From positions 1,152,001 to 1,216,000 of the forward strand of contig CAVSGM010000001.1 of NCBI GenBank assembly GCA_963727485.1: 64,000 nucleotides of DNA, read 5' to 3'. The stretch is from an uncultured delta proteobacterium. Lineage in GTDB: Bacteria; Myxococcota; Myxococcia; SLRQ01. This document shows positions 18,754 through 28,780 of the stretch, in pieces; position 1 is the first letter of the stretch, and every line of letters starts with the position of its first letter. Position numbers and translations under genes: made by a program. The notes beneath the pieces were generated by a model, which had not been told where the DNA came from, did not search any database, and saw only the letters and a list, made by a program, of their open reading frames with translations.

Positions 18754-19106
18754 GGGGCATCCTCCGCCGACGGGGGGGCGGCCGGCGCCTCGCCGGCGTC
18801 GTCGCCTCGGTGGGTCCAGGGCGCGAGGCCGGCGCGCCAGGCGGCCCGGCCCACCGCGTGGGTCGCCGCCGGGTTGGCGAGGAGGACGAAGACCTCGACC
18901 AGAAGCAGCTTGAGCGAGAGCAGGTCGAAGCCCTGGTGGATGGCCAGCCCCAGGACCAGGAGGGTGGCGCCCAGGGTGTCGCCCTTCCCGGCCGGGTGCA
19001 TCCGCGTGTAGAAGTCGGGGAAGCGGACGAGGCCCACCCCGCCGACGAGGAAGAAGAAGAGCCCGCCGGCGATGAACCCCGCGGCCAACAGGTCCTGGAG
19101 GCTCAC
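18750..19106 (-). CDS. mrpG: Mrp antiporter subunit G
   Basis: GLVRFPDFYTRMH..GKGDTLG, NPAATHAVGRAA; GGGAGG RBS. Confidence 0.93.
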   Translation of the reverse strand: MSLQDLLAAGFIAGGLFFFLVGGVGLVRFPDFYTRMHPAGKGDTLGATLLVLGLAIHQGFDLLSLKLLLVEVFVLLANPAATHAVGRAAWRAGLAPWTHRGDDAGEAPAAPPSAEDAP

Positions 19107-19419
19107 GAGGCGTCCTCCCGAGCCGCGGGGGCCTCGCCGCGGGCCTCGCCGCGGGCCTCGCCGCGTCGGCCTCGAGGTACTTGGCGGTGACCAGCGTGCC
19201 CACCAACAGCGCCAGCCCGTAGCCCAGGGAGATGTCCACGAACATGCTCTCCCGGTCGACGATGAAGCCCATGACCAGGAGCAGCACCATGGTCTTGGTG
19301 CCCATCATCCCCGCGCCCAGGAGGCGGTCGAAGATGGTCGGGCCCCGAACGATGCGGAAGAGGGGGAAGCCGAGCATCAGGCCCAGGGCGAGGCCGGTGG
19401 CGAGGAAGACCGTGCTCAC
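19103..19419 (-). CDS. mrpF: Mrp antiporter subunit F, with a 1-base deletion near the 3' end (~19165)
   Basis: RIVRGPTIFDRL..FVDISLGY..AKYLE; restoring GATC at 19165 gives the C-terminus ADRGEARGEARGEAPAAREDAS* with a GTGA overlap to mrpG. Confidence 0.85.
19127..19164 (+). repeat. 12-bp tandem repeat (GGGCCTCGCCGC)x3 in the mrpF tail
   Basis: Read directly from the sequence; encodes RGEA repeats. Confidence 0.8.
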
Positions 19420-19946
19420 CGGGCGGGCTCCGGGGCCTGACCTTCGCCAAAGGTGTGGGCCACCTTCCGGGCCATGTCGCCGGCGAGGAGCCCGTCTGCC
19501 GAGGGCGCGTCGATGGCGTGGACCAGGTAGTCGCCGTCGCCGGTGAGGTCGAGGGTGACGGTGCCCGGGGTGAGGGTGATGGAGTTGGCCAGCGTCACCC
19601 GGCTGACCTCGGTCGTCAGGTCGGGGCGGAAGCGGACGACCCGGGGCCGCACCCGGTCCATGGGGCCGAGGACCAGCTTCAGGACCTGGACGTTGGCCTT
19701 GACGATCTCCCACTCCAGCCAGGGCAGGTAGAGGAGGATGCGCAGCCAGGGGAGCCGGGTGAGCCAGCGCCGCCCGCCGCCGTCGACCTCGGTGTAGAGG
19801 AGGCGGCCGGAGAGGAGCGTGACCCCGGTGACGCTCGCGGCGCCGAGGACCAGGTGGGCGGCGTCGAAGTGACCCGAGAGAACGAGCCAGAACCCGAAGA
19901 GGGCCGCCCAGACGATCCCGTGGTGAAGTGCGCTGCGCTCCATCAT
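19416..19946 (-). CDS. mrpE: Mrp antiporter subunit E
   Basis: FWLVLSG, WEIVKANVQV, LANSITLTPGTVT, YLVHAI. Confidence 0.92.
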   Translation of the reverse strand: MMERSALHHGIVWAALFGFWLVLSGHFDAAHLVLGAASVTGVTLLSGRLLYTEVDGGGRRWLTRLPWLRILLYLPWLEWEIVKANVQVLKLVLGPMDRVRPRVVRFRPDLTTEVSRVTLANSITLTPGTVTLDLTGDGDYLVHAIDAPSADGLLAGDMARKVAHTFGEGQAPEPAR

Positions 19947-20046
19947 CCGCTCCGAACGACCAAACCACCCCAGCGTGCCTGATTCTGGGGGCACTTCGAG
20001 GCGGGATCAAGCGGGCGGAGGGCGCACCTCAAGGGCCCTCGCCACG

Positions 20047-20060
20047 CTGATCTGGATCAA
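20047..20060. promoter_or_regulatory. FNR/CRP-family-like box upstream of mrpE
   Basis: TTGAT-CCAG-ATCAG on the minus strand, one mismatch from TTGAT-N4-ATCAA. Confidence 0.45.
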
Positions 20061-20125
20061 GCGGAGCGCGTGGAGACGCGACTTCTGTGGCGGCGGCGGG
20101 CCGCGGTGCCGGGGCCCCCGGGCCC

Positions 20126-20593
20126 TTACATGGCGGCCTGGATGAAGACCAGGACGAAGAGGGCCACGGTCTCGACGACGCCGATGGCCATCAGGTAGTT
20201 GCCGAAGCCCTGGCCGGTCTCGCCGAGGGCGTCCGCGGCGGCGGCCCCGACCCGGCCCTGCATGTACGCCGAGGCGCCGATGGCCAGCCCGCCGAAGAGG
20301 CCGAGGCCGAGCATCGCCGGCCAGGCGACCGGGGTCTTGGTGGCCAGCGCGTGGGCGGTCGAGCGGACCACGGCGTTCATCAGGATCATCCCATAGATGG
20401 ACTGGGAGAGCGGGGCCCCGATGAAGGTGACGAGGATGAAGGGGGCGGACTTGTTCTGGGCGTAGGCACGCTTCCAGGCGCCGACCGCGGCCATGCCGGC
20501 GACGCCGGTCCCGAGCGCCGAGCCGATGGCGGCGATGCCGAAGACCATGGCGCCGCCTGCGCGTCCGAGTGCGGCCATCGATGCGGGATCCAT
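20126..20593 (-). CDS. ntpK: V/A-type ATPase subunit K (double-hairpin proteolipid) with Na+-binding signature
   Basis: GSALGTG..G.AAVG, PLSQSIYG, AYMQG, VETVALF. Confidence 0.92.
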   Translation of the reverse strand: MDPASMAALGRAGGAMVFGIAAIGSALGTGVAGMAAVGAWKRAYAQNKSAPFILVTFIGAPLSQSIYGMILMNAVVRSTAHALATKTPVAWPAMLGLGLFGGLAIGASAYMQGRVGAAAADALGETGQGFGNYLMAIGVVETVALFVLVFIQAAM

Positions 20594-20621
20594 TGCGGTG
20601 TCTCCTTCGAGCGGCGGGGCG

Positions 20622-22451
20622 TCAGGCCCGCTCGTCTTCCGACTGTGGGTGGGCGAAGGGACGGTACGGACGACCCGTCCACTCCAGGCCCAGGTGACCG
20701 GCGAACTCCAGGGTGTTGAGGCGCACGCCGTGGACGAGCACCCCCATGCTGGCGAGGAGGATGTTGAGGGTGTGGCCGAGGAAGAGGATCAGGGCGCCGA
20801 GGAGCCCGGCGACGAAGCCCCCGGCCCCGGCCGAGGCGGCCATCTGGTTGAAGGCCTGGGCCACGGCGATGGTGGCGACGCCCACGGCGAAGAGGCGCAC
20901 GTAGGAGACCAGGTCCACGAAGTTGCTCACCAGGCTCAAGGGGAGCATGGCGTGGTCGAACCACTCGTCCTTCAGGGCCTTCCAGGGGGTCATGAACAGG
21001 GCGATGAGCACCACCCCCACGGTGAGGACCCAGACGAGCACGTGGGGGAAGGCCGCGCCGAGGACCAGGGTCCGGGCGAGGAAGAACATGGTCCAGGTGG
21101 AGAGGATCCACCCGGCCTCGGCCAGCGCCCGCGGCGAGGGGAGCAGGCGCAGGACGTTCCACCCGTGGGCGACGGTGAGGTGGATGGCGCCGATGGCGAA
21201 GGAGAGGAGGATGAGGTGGTCGGGGTCGGTGAGCCACCGGACCTCGAGGTCCTTCAGGGGTGAGGGCAAGACCGCGATGCCGAACCAGGTGCCGGTGATG
21301 GCGCCCCAGACGACCGTGGCCACCGAGAGCAGGCGCAGGAGCGAGAACACGGCCCGCGGCGCCCGCTTGAAGCGCCAGCGGCCGAGCTCGGTGAGGCCCA
21401 GGAAGATGAGGCCGTAGCCCGCGTCCCCGACGATCATGGCGAAGAAGAGGCTGAAGAAGATGAGGAACGGGACGCTGACGTCGACCTGGTCGTAGCCGGG
21501 GAGGACGCCGAGGAAGCCGAAGAGGGCGCGGATGGACCGGGCCCAGCGCGGGGTGTCCACGGCGATGGGGACGCCGGTGGGATTGTCGATGTCCTCGATG
21601 AGCAGGCCCCAGCCCTCCGCCTGGGCCACGGCCTCGACCTCGGGGACGGCCCGGGCGGGGCAGTAGCCGCGGATGAGGGACAGGGGGCCCGCCTCGGCCA
21701 TGGTGGCCCGGGCCTCGGCGAAGGTGAGCTGGCCGGCGGCCGTGGTCTCGAGGGCCTGGACCGCGTCCTTCCGGCTCGCGAGGGCGGCGAGGTGGGCCCA
21801 GGCGGCGCGGCTCTCGGTCTCCATGAACGCGAGGCGCTGCGCCAGGCTGGCCGGGGCGTGCTCCGGGAGGGGCAGGACCTCGGCGGCGTCCGGGCCCTCG
21901 CCGAGGTCGACGGCGTCCACCGCGGCGGTGGGCCCCACCAGGGCCAGGTGGCGGTGGCGGCGCCGGGTGGCGTAGGCCTCGACCACCACGTCCTCGGGGA
22001 GCTCGGGGTCCCAGCCCGCCGGTGCCCGGAGGAGGCGGACGGTGAGGCCCCGGCGGGCGAGGTCCCGGATCCGCGCCGGATCGAAGTCGCCGAAGGGGGC
22101 GAACTCGGCGACCTCGGCCTCGAGGGCGTCGCGCTCGTGCTCGAAGGTCTCGAGGCGGCGGGTGAGGCGCAGGGCCTCCTCGGCGACGACCGGGGTCGGC
22201 ACCCCAAGGTGGGCGGCGTCGGCCTCCGCGGTGGGGGCCGCCCGCCCGCGCCGGCGCGTCGGCACCCGGCCCAGGGCCTCGGTGGCGGCCCGGGCCATCT
22301 TCAGCGCCTCGCGGGCCTCGGCGACGCCACCGTCGTCGGCGGCGGGCTCGGCGGCGAGGTGGAGCACGCCCAGGTCCTGGAGCCGACCCAGCGACCGGTC
22401 GCGGTCACCCTTGAGCATCACCACCGTCAGCCGCTTCATGGGCACGATCAC
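20622..22451 (-). CDS. ntpI: V/A-type ATPase subunit I
   Basis: MIVPMKRL, FFAMIVGDAGYG, DLVSYVRLFAVG, VHGVRLNTLEF. Confidence 0.94.
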   Translation of the reverse strand: MIVPMKRLTVVMLKGDRDRSLGRLQDLGVLHLAAEPAADDGGVAEAREALKMARAATEALGRVPTRRRGRAAPTAEADAAHLGVPTPVVAEEALRLTRRLETFEHERDALEAEVAEFAPFGDFDPARIRDLARRGLTVRLLRAPAGWDPELPEDVVVEAYATRRRHRHLALVGPTAAVDAVDLGEGPDAAEVLPLPEHAPASLAQRLAFMETESRAAWAHLAALASRKDAVQALETTAAGQLTFAEARATMAEAGPLSLIRGYCPARAVPEVEAVAQAEGWGLLIEDIDNPTGVPIAVDTPRWARSIRALFGFLGVLPGYDQVDVSVPFLIFFSLFFAMIVGDAGYGLIFLGLTELGRWRFKRAPRAVFSLLRLLSVATVVWGAITGTWFGIAVLPSPLKDLEVRWLTDPDHLILLSFAIGAIHLTVAHGWNVLRLLPSPRALAEAGWILSTWTMFFLARTLVLGAAFPHVLVWVLTVGVVLIALFMTPWKALKDEWFDHAMLPLSLVSNFVDLVSYVRLFAVGVATIAVAQAFNQMAASAGAGGFVAGLLGALILFLGHTLNILLASMGVLVHGVRLNTLEFAGHLGLEWTGRPYRPFAHPQSEDERA

Positions 22452-23065
22452 CGGGAGGCCTCCTGGGCGGCGGCCTTGGCGGTGGCCTTGGCCTTGGCGA
22501 TCTTGGCGCGCACCACCTCGGCGGCCTGGATGTCGCCGAGCGCAATGCGGATGGTGCGGATGGCCGACTCGGCCTCGGGGATCTTCACCTTCTCGAAGAG
22601 GTTCACCCGCTGGGAGGTGACCCGCAGCTCCCGGGCGAGGCGGTCGCGCCGGGCCTCGAGGACCTCGCGCTCGAGGCGCAGGCGGGTGAGGTGCTCCAGG
22701 GCGTCGAGGGCGTCGTCGAAGAACGGCTCGGTGGCGTGGAGGTCCGGCGGGGTGCGGGCGAAGCCCACCCGGTCGAGGACCGGGACCTCGACCCCGGCGA
22801 CGTTGAGCGTCCCCCGGTCCACCGTCGCCAGCCGGAGGTGCTCGGCCAGGGGCAGCGCGTCGGCGAGCAGGGCGATCCAGGGGTCGAGCTCGTGCCAGGC
22901 GGTCTCGAGCTCGGCCTTGCGCTCCCGGAGCAGGCCCTCGGCCCGGCGCACCTCCATCTGCAGCTGGCGCTTCTTGAGCTGGAGGGTGGGCAGGTACCGG
23001 CGGAAGCGGGCCAGCGCGTCGCGCTGGCGCTTGAGGGCCTGCTTGCTGGCGCGGACGTGGCTCAC
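22448..23065 (-). CDS. ntpD: V/A-type ATPase subunit D
   Basis: GTG at 23065; [10 protein letters not shown] and [14 protein letters not shown]. Confidence 0.93.
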   Translation of the reverse strand: MSHVRASKQALKRQRDALARFRRYLPTLQLKKRQLQMEVRRAEGLLRERKAELETAWHELDPWIALLADALPLAEHLRLATVDRGTLNVAGVEVPVLDRVGFARTPPDLHATEPFFDDALDALEHLTRLRLEREVLEARRDRLARELRVTSQRVNLFEKVKIPEAESAIRTIRIALGDIQAAEVVRAKIAKAKATAKAAAQEASR

Positions 23066-24432
23066 CCGGCGGCCTCCGTCGGGGCGTCGTCCTCGTCGGC
23101 GTCGGCAGCGTCGGCGGGGTCGGCGGCGGCGGGTCCGACGCCCTTGGGCCAGAACCGCTCCACCAGGCTCGTCGGCAGGCCGGTCTGGGCGGGCTCGAAG
23201 CTCTCGGCGAGGATCCGCCATCCCTCGTCGAGGGCCTCCTCGAGCGAGAGGTGCAGCTCGAGGCTCATCATCCGCGCCTCGAAGGCCCCGCCGTAGGCGA
23301 GGAGCTGCTGGTCCCACCGGCTCATGGTGAAGCCCATGGCCTGCTTCTCCAGGGTCTCCTGGTAGCCGGCGTAGAGCTGGATCATGGCGTTCATCAGCGC
23401 CCGGTGATCCTCGCGGGTCTTGCCGTTGACCAGCTGCCGCAGCCGCGACAGGCTCCCGAAGGGCTCGATGCGCCCGCCCCGGAGGTAGAGCTGCCCCTCG
23501 GTGATGTAGCCGGTGTTGTCGGGGACCGGGTGGGTGACGTCGTCCCCGGGCATGGAGGTGGCGGCGAGCACGGTGATGGAGCCGGCGTCCTCGAAGTCCA
23601 CGGCCTTCTCGTAGCGGGCGGCGAGCTGGCTGTAGAGGTCGCCGGGGTAGCCGCGGTTCGAGGGGATCTGCTCCATGGTGATGGCGACCTCCTTGAGCGC
23701 GTCGGCGAAGTTGGTCATGTCCGAGAGGAGCACCAGCACCCGCTTGCCCTGGAGGGCGAACTGCTCGGCGACGGCGAGGGCGAGGTCGGGGACCAGGAGG
23801 CACTCGACGGTGGGGTCGGCGGCGGTGTGGATGAACATCACCGTGCGCACGCTGGCCCCGGCGGCCTCGAGGGTGTCGCGGAAGGCGAGGTAGTCGTCGT
23901 GCTTGAGGCCCATGCCCCCCAGCACGATGACGTCGACCTCGGCCTGGAGCGCGATGCGCCCGAGGAGCTCGTTCATCGGTTCGCCGGCGGGGGCGAAGAT
24001 GGGGAGCTTCTGGCTCTCCACCACCGTGTTGAACACGTCGATCATGGGGATGCCGGTGCGGACCATCTTCCGGGGGATGATCCGCCTGGCCGGGTTCACC
24101 GAGGGGCCACCAGCCTCGATGGGATCGTCGTCGAGGGCCGGGCGGCCGTCCCGGGGGCGGCCGGCGCCGTCGAAGACGCGGCCCAGGAGCGCCTCGGAGA
24201 AGGGCACCTGGACGGTGCGGCCGAGGAAGCGCACGTGGGCGTCGGTGGGGATGCCGCGGCTGCCGGCGAAGACCTGGAGGGCCACGGTGTCGCCCTCGAG
24301 GCGGATGACCTGGGCGAGCGAGGTGCCCCCGGGCCAGCTGACCTCGGCGAGCTCGCGGTAGGTGGCGCCGGGGGCGCGGACGGTGATCACGCTCCCGGCG
24401 ATGCGCTCGACGTGGGTGTAGACCTTACGCAT
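23062..24432 (-). CDS. ntpB: V/A-type ATPase subunit B
   Basis: [50 protein letters not shown]. Confidence 0.96.
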   Translation of the reverse strand: MRKVYTHVERIAGSVITVRAPGATYRELAEVSWPGGTSLAQVIRLEGDTVALQVFAGSRGIPTDAHVRFLGRTVQVPFSEALLGRVFDGAGRPRDGRPALDDDPIEAGGPSVNPARRIIPRKMVRTGIPMIDVFNTVVESQKLPIFAPAGEPMNELLGRIALQAEVDVIVLGGMGLKHDDYLAFRDTLEAAGASVRTVMFIHTAADPTVECLLVPDLALAVAEQFALQGKRVLVLLSDMTNFADALKEVAITMEQIPSNRGYPGDLYSQLAARYEKAVDFEDAGSITVLAATSMPGDDVTHPVPDNTGYITEGQLYLRGGRIEPFGSLSRLRQLVNGKTREDHRALMNAMIQLYAGYQETLEKQAMGFTMSRWDQQLLAYGGAFEARMMSLELHLSLEEALDEGWRILAESFEPAQTGLPTSLVERFWPKGVGPAAADPADAADADEDDAPTEAAG

Positions 24433-26155
24433 GGCGGGCGACCTCCTCGACCGCCGCGGCGATCCGGTCCTCGTGCTTCGCGAAGCCCGGATCGTCCATG
24501 GGGACGAGGTTCCAGTCCTTGGTGAGCTGGGTGAGGGACTGGAAGAAGCGCCTCGCGGCGTCCTTTCCCTCGAAGTCCAGGGGGGTGCGGAGGATGTCCG
24601 CGAGGCGTCCGAAGACGTGGCGCTGGCGGTCGGCGCCGGTGGCGGCGTCGACGTCGTGGAAGGCGTCCTGCTGGAGGTAGGCGGCGTCGAGGTACTCGGC
24701 CTTGAGGTAGGTGACGTAGTCGGAGACCGCGGTCCCCTCCTCGCCGACGACCTTCATCATCTGGTCGACCTCGTGGCCGGCGCGGAGCACCTCCCGGGCG
24801 GTCTTCACGTCCCCCGGGTCGACGATGCCCGGGTAGCGGCTCCAGCTCTCCAGGGGGTCCACCGCCGGGTACCGCCTCGCGTCGGAGCGCTCGCGCGAGA
24901 GGCCGTGGAAGGCGCCGACGACCTTGAGGGTGGCCTGGGTGACCGGCTCCTCGAAGTTGCCGCCGGCGGGGCTCACGGTGCCGCCGATGGTCACCGATCC
25001 CACGCGTCCGTCGTGGAGGCGGACCCGGCCGCCCCGCTCGTAGAAGGCGGCGATGACCGACTCGAGGTAGGCGGGGAACGCCTCCTCGCCGGGGATCTCC
25101 TCGAGGCGTCCGGAGATCTCGCGCAGCGCCTGGGCCCAGCGGGAGGTGGAGTCGGCGAGGAGGAGGACGTTGAGGCCCATCTGCCGGTAGTACTCGGCGA
25201 CGGTCACCGCGGTGTAGACGCTGGACTCCCGGGAGGCCACCGGCATGGAGCTGGTGTTGACGATGATGAGGGTGCGCTCCATCAGGCTCCGGCCGGTGCG
25301 CGGATCGATGAGCTCGGGGAACTCGCGGAGGGTCTCGACCACCTCGCCGGCCCGCTCGCCGCAGGCGGCGATGATCACCACGTCGACCTCGGCGTGGCGG
25401 CTGGTGATCTGCTGGAGCACGGTCTTGCCGGCGCCGAAGGGCCCGGGGATGCAGTAGGTGCCCCCGAGCGCCACCGGGAAGAGGGTGTCGATGATGCGCA
25501 CCTTGGTGACCATGGTCTCGCTGGGGCGCAGGCGCTCCTGGTAGGCGCGGATGGGCGCCTTCACCGGCCACCGCTGCATCATGGTGACCTCGCGCTCGGC
25601 GCCGCCGCTCGTCTTCAGCCGGGCGATGGGCTCGGTGACGGTGTAGTCGCCGGCGTCCGCCAGCCAGGTGAGCTCGGCGGCGCCCTGGAGATCGAAGGGC
25701 ACCATGACGTGGTGGGTGACCACGTTCTCGGGGACGGTGCCCAGGGTGTCGCCGGCGCGCAGGCGCTGGCCGACCTCGGCCTTGGGGGTGAAGGCCCAGC
25801 GCTGCTCCCGGGAGAGGGGCTGCTCGTAGATGCCGCGCTGGAGGAAGACGCCGGCGCGCTCGGCGAGCTCGGGGAGCGGGTTCTGGAGGCCGTCGAAGAT
25901 CCGGCCGAGGAGACCGGGCCCCAGCTCGGCGGCCAGCAGCTCGCCGGAGAACTCGACCTCGCCGCCCACCTTCAGGCCGGTGGTGTCCTCGAAGACCTGG
26001 AGGTCGGCGGTGCCGCCGCGGACCCGGATCAGCTCGGCCTTGAGCTTGAGGTCCCCGAGGACGGCGTAGCCCACCTCGTTCTGCTTCACGGGGGTGTCGA
26101 AGGCGACGGTGAGCAGGTTCCCGTTCACTCCGACGATGCGGCCGGGCTTAGGCAT
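24425..26155 (-). CDS. ntpA: V/A-type ATPase subunit A
   Basis: ATG at 26155; GPFGAGKT P-loop, [34 protein letters not shown]. Confidence 0.96.
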   Translation of the reverse strand: MPKPGRIVGVNGNLLTVAFDTPVKQNEVGYAVLGDLKLKAELIRVRGGTADLQVFEDTTGLKVGGEVEFSGELLAAELGPGLLGRIFDGLQNPLPELAERAGVFLQRGIYEQPLSREQRWAFTPKAEVGQRLRAGDTLGTVPENVVTHHVMVPFDLQGAAELTWLADAGDYTVTEPIARLKTSGGAEREVTMMQRWPVKAPIRAYQERLRPSETMVTKVRIIDTLFPVALGGTYCIPGPFGAGKTVLQQITSRHAEVDVVIIAACGERAGEVVETLREFPELIDPRTGRSLMERTLIIVNTSSMPVASRESSVYTAVTVAEYYRQMGLNVLLLADSTSRWAQALREISGRLEEIPGEEAFPAYLESVIAAFYERGGRVRLHDGRVGSVTIGGTVSPAGGNFEEPVTQATLKVVGAFHGLSRERSDARRYPAVDPLESWSRYPGIVDPGDVKTAREVLRAGHEVDQMMKVVGEEGTAVSDYVTYLKAEYLDAAYLQQDAFHDVDAATGADRQRHVFGRLADILRTPLDFEGKDAARRFFQSLTQLTKDWNLVPMDDPGFAKHEDRIAAAVEEVARHA

Positions 26156-26681
26156 GGTCCACCTCGATGCGTTCGAGTGCCCGGGCCAGCGCGGCGCGGC
26201 CGGCGTCCGGGGTCCGACGCGTCCAGGCCTCGGCGAGGTCCAGGCGGCGGGCGTAGGCGAAGAGTGCGGCGAAGCCCCAGGGCTCCTCGCGGGCGAGCTC
26301 GTCGAGGAGCCGCCAGCGGAGGGCGTCGAGGACCCGGGCCTGCACCAGGGGGCTGGGGGTCTCGAAGGAGCGGGCGACCTCGTCCTCCACCTCGACCCGG
26401 AAGCCCGCGTGGGGGCGGAGGGCCTCGTCCGGGGACACGCCCCAGCGGGCGGCGCGGCGGCGGGCCACGGCGTTGCGCAGCTGGCGCTCGCCGTCGCGCC
26501 AGCGCCGGGCGAGGGCGGCGACGGGGCCGGTGCCCTCGGCGGCCGACTCGGGGTCGGTGAGGGCGGCGAGGGCGTCGGGCCGGAGGAACGACCGGCAGCG
26601 ATCACCCAGCTCGGCGACCGCCAGTGGGGGCGGGTCGTCGAGGGTGAAGCTTTCGAGCGTGGCCAGGAGGTAGACGTACAC
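26148..26681 (-). CDS. DUF2764-family V-ATPase subunit (C-like)
   Basis: Position between E and A; YVYLLATL..L..PP N-terminus and WRLLDEL..FAALFAY C-terminus. Confidence 0.75.
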   Translation of the reverse strand: MYVYLLATLESFTLDDPPPLAVAELGDRCRSFLRPDALAALTDPESAAEGTGPVAALARRWRDGERQLRNAVARRRAARWGVSPDEALRPHAGFRVEVEDEVARSFETPSPLVQARVLDALRWRLLDELAREEPWGFAALFAYARRLDLAEAWTRRTPDAGRAALARALERIEVDHA

Positions 26682-26696
26682 GCCGGCGCGGGGGGC

Positions 26697-27323
26697 TTAC
26701 GGGGTGGGCTCCGTCGAGGCGTCTCCGGCGAGGAGTCGGGCGAGCTCGGGGCGGAGCATCTCTTGGAGGACCGAGGCGATGGCCTCGAGGGTGAAGTCGT
26801 GCTCGACGTGGTCGGCGTCCAGGACCACCCGGAAGCCCCGGGTGATGTCGTCGCCGACCTCGAGGGTGAGGCCGTCGGCGAGCTCATCCCGGTAGGCGCC
26901 GGCGAAGGCCTTCGCCAACGCCGCGCGATCGGCCTTTGCGAGGAGGACGGTCATCGGCTGCCCGTCGCCGCCCTCGGCGTAGGCCCGGGCCATGGTGAGG
27001 AGCAGCTCCCGGAGGGTGTCCGGGGTGAGGGCGGCCTCGAGGTCCCGGCGGGCCAGCGCCAGCACCGCGTCCTCCACCGAGTGGCGGACGGAGATGAGGA
27101 GATCGCGGCCGGCCTGGCGCAGGGCCTCCTCGCCGCGGGCCTGGAGGACCCGGGCGTCGCGCTCGGCCTCGTTGCGGATCCGGCGGGCGTCGGCGTCGGC
27201 GGCCTCGAGGCGGCGCCGGGCCTCGGCCTCGGCCTCGGCCACGATGGTCCCCGCCTTGGCGTCCGCCTCCTGGACCACCTCTCCCTGGAGCTTGTCGATC
27301 AGCGACTGAAGGGCTTCGGGCAT
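26697..27323 (-). CDS. ntpE: V/A-type ATPase subunit E
   Basis: LQSLIDKLQGE coiled coil, ALRQAGRDLL, DFTLEAIA..LRPEL. Confidence 0.88.
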   Translation of the reverse strand: MPEALQSLIDKLQGEVVQEADAKAGTIVAEAEAEARRRLEAADADARRIRNEAERDARVLQARGEEALRQAGRDLLISVRHSVEDAVLALARRDLEAALTPDTLRELLLTMARAYAEGGDGQPMTVLLAKADRAALAKAFAGAYRDELADGLTLEVGDDITRGFRVVLDADHVEHDFTLEAIASVLQEMLRPELARLLAGDASTEPTP

Positions 27324-27547
27324 GGCATTCCTCACGACCCGGGGACCGGGTGGAGGAGCAGGCGGCCCCCCGGCCGGCTGCATGCGTCCTTCGACTCGTC
27401 GCCGGTGTCAGGCGGCTTGGTGCGCGGGACTTCTAGCACAGCTCGCCCGCGGGGGAAGGGGATGTTTGAGACCTTTTTTCGGCGCTCGTTTTGCGCGTCG
27501 ACGGGGCCGTTGTGACCCGGGCGGCGGCGCGGCATCATGCGGCACCG

Positions 27548-28768
27548 ATGCGGAAACGCTCGCCACTCCTGGTCGCATTCCTCACGGTGTTCATCGACCT
27601 GGTGGGCTTCGGGATCATCATCCCCCTCCAGCCCTTCTACGTGGACGCCGCCGGGGGATCCGGCGCCGCGGTGGGCGCCCTCTTCGCGGCCTACAGCTTC
27701 GCCCAGTTCCTCTTCGTGCCCATCTGGGGCCGGGTGAGCGATTGGGTGGGGCGGCGACCGGTGATCCTCCTGACCCTGGTGGGCACCGGGGTGAGCTTCC
27801 TGGTCTTCGCCGGGGCGATCCACAGCCTCTTCTGGCTCTTCGCCGCGCGGATCGCCGCGGGGATCTTCGGCGCCAACCTCGCCACCGCCCGGGCCTACGT
27901 CGCCGACGTGACGCCCCCCGAGGAGCGGGCGCGGGGGATGGGCCTCATCGGCGCGGCCTTCGGGATGGGCTTCGTCCTGGGGCCGGCCATCGGCGGCGCG
28001 CTGGCGCTTCTGGGGCCGGCCTGGCCGCCGGCGGTCGCCGGGGTGCTGGCCCTGGCCAACGCGGCGTTTGCCCTGGTGGCGCTCCCCGAGTCCCGGCCCG
28101 TGGAGGCCCGGGGGACGCCGGCGCCCTGGCGCTGGTTCGATCCCCAGGGGATGCGGGCGGCGCGGCGGCAGCCGGTCCTGGGCGTGCTCTTCCTCATCCT
28201 CTTCCTCGGGACCTTCGCCTTCTCCAACCTCGAGACCACCTTCTCCCTGCTCCTCCACCGCAACCTCCACTACGGCCGGAGCCAGGCGAGCCTCCTCTTC
28301 GTCTACATCGGCGTGATCTCGGCCATCGTGCAGGGGGGGCTCCTCGGGCGCCTGTCCCGGCGCTTCGGGCCGCCGCGCCTGATCGTGGCGGGGACGGCGC
28401 TCTTGGCGGTGGGACTGGCGGTGCTCCCCTGGACCTCGGCCCTGGGCGGCGTCCTGGGGCTCTGTGCCGGGGTGGCGGTGGGCAGCTCCCTGAACCGGCC
28501 GGCCATCAACGCCCTGGTGTCGATCCTCGCCGGCGAGGGGGCCCAGGGGGCGCTGCTGGGCACGGCGTCGAGCCTCTCGAGCCTGGCGCGGATGGTGGGG
28601 CCGGCCCTCGGCGGCGTGCTCTGGGACGTCGCCTGGCACCTGCCCTACGACGTCGGTGCCGGGGTGATGGCGGTCGCCTCCGTGATGGCGCTGGGGGTGG
28701 CGCCGCGGCTGATGACCCTCCACACCCGGGCCACCGCCGACCTTGCGTCCCCCACCGGCGACACGTAG
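27548..28768 (+). CDS. MFS transporter, TetA/DHA1-like
   Basis: DLVGFGIIIP, GRVSDWVGRRPV motif A, GFVLGPAIGG motif C; about 12 TM segments. Confidence 0.92.
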   Translation: MRKRSPLLVAFLTVFIDLVGFGIIIPLQPFYVDAAGGSGAAVGALFAAYSFAQFLFVPIWGRVSDWVGRRPVILLTLVGTGVSFLVFAGAIHSLFWLFAARIAAGIFGANLATARAYVADVTPPEERARGMGLIGAAFGMGFVLGPAIGGALALLGPAWPPAVAGVLALANAAFALVALPESRPVEARGTPAPWRWFDPQGMRAARRQPVLGVLFLILFLGTFAFSNLETTFSLLLHRNLHYGRSQASLLFVYIGVISAIVQGGLLGRLSRRFGPPRLIVAGTALLAVGLAVLPWTSALGGVLGLCAGVAVGSSLNRPAINALVSILAGEGAQGALLGTASSLSSLARMVGPALGGVLWDVAWHLPYDVGAGVMAVASVMALGVAPRLMTLHTRATADLASPTGDT

Positions 28769-28780
28769 CGTCGCCGGCCA

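Noticed and set aside
18508..20010. Apparent MrpF-DUF4040 fusion reading through mrpG
   Set aside because: Explained by one missing base at ~19165; restoring it ends mrpF at the GTGA overlap with mrpG.
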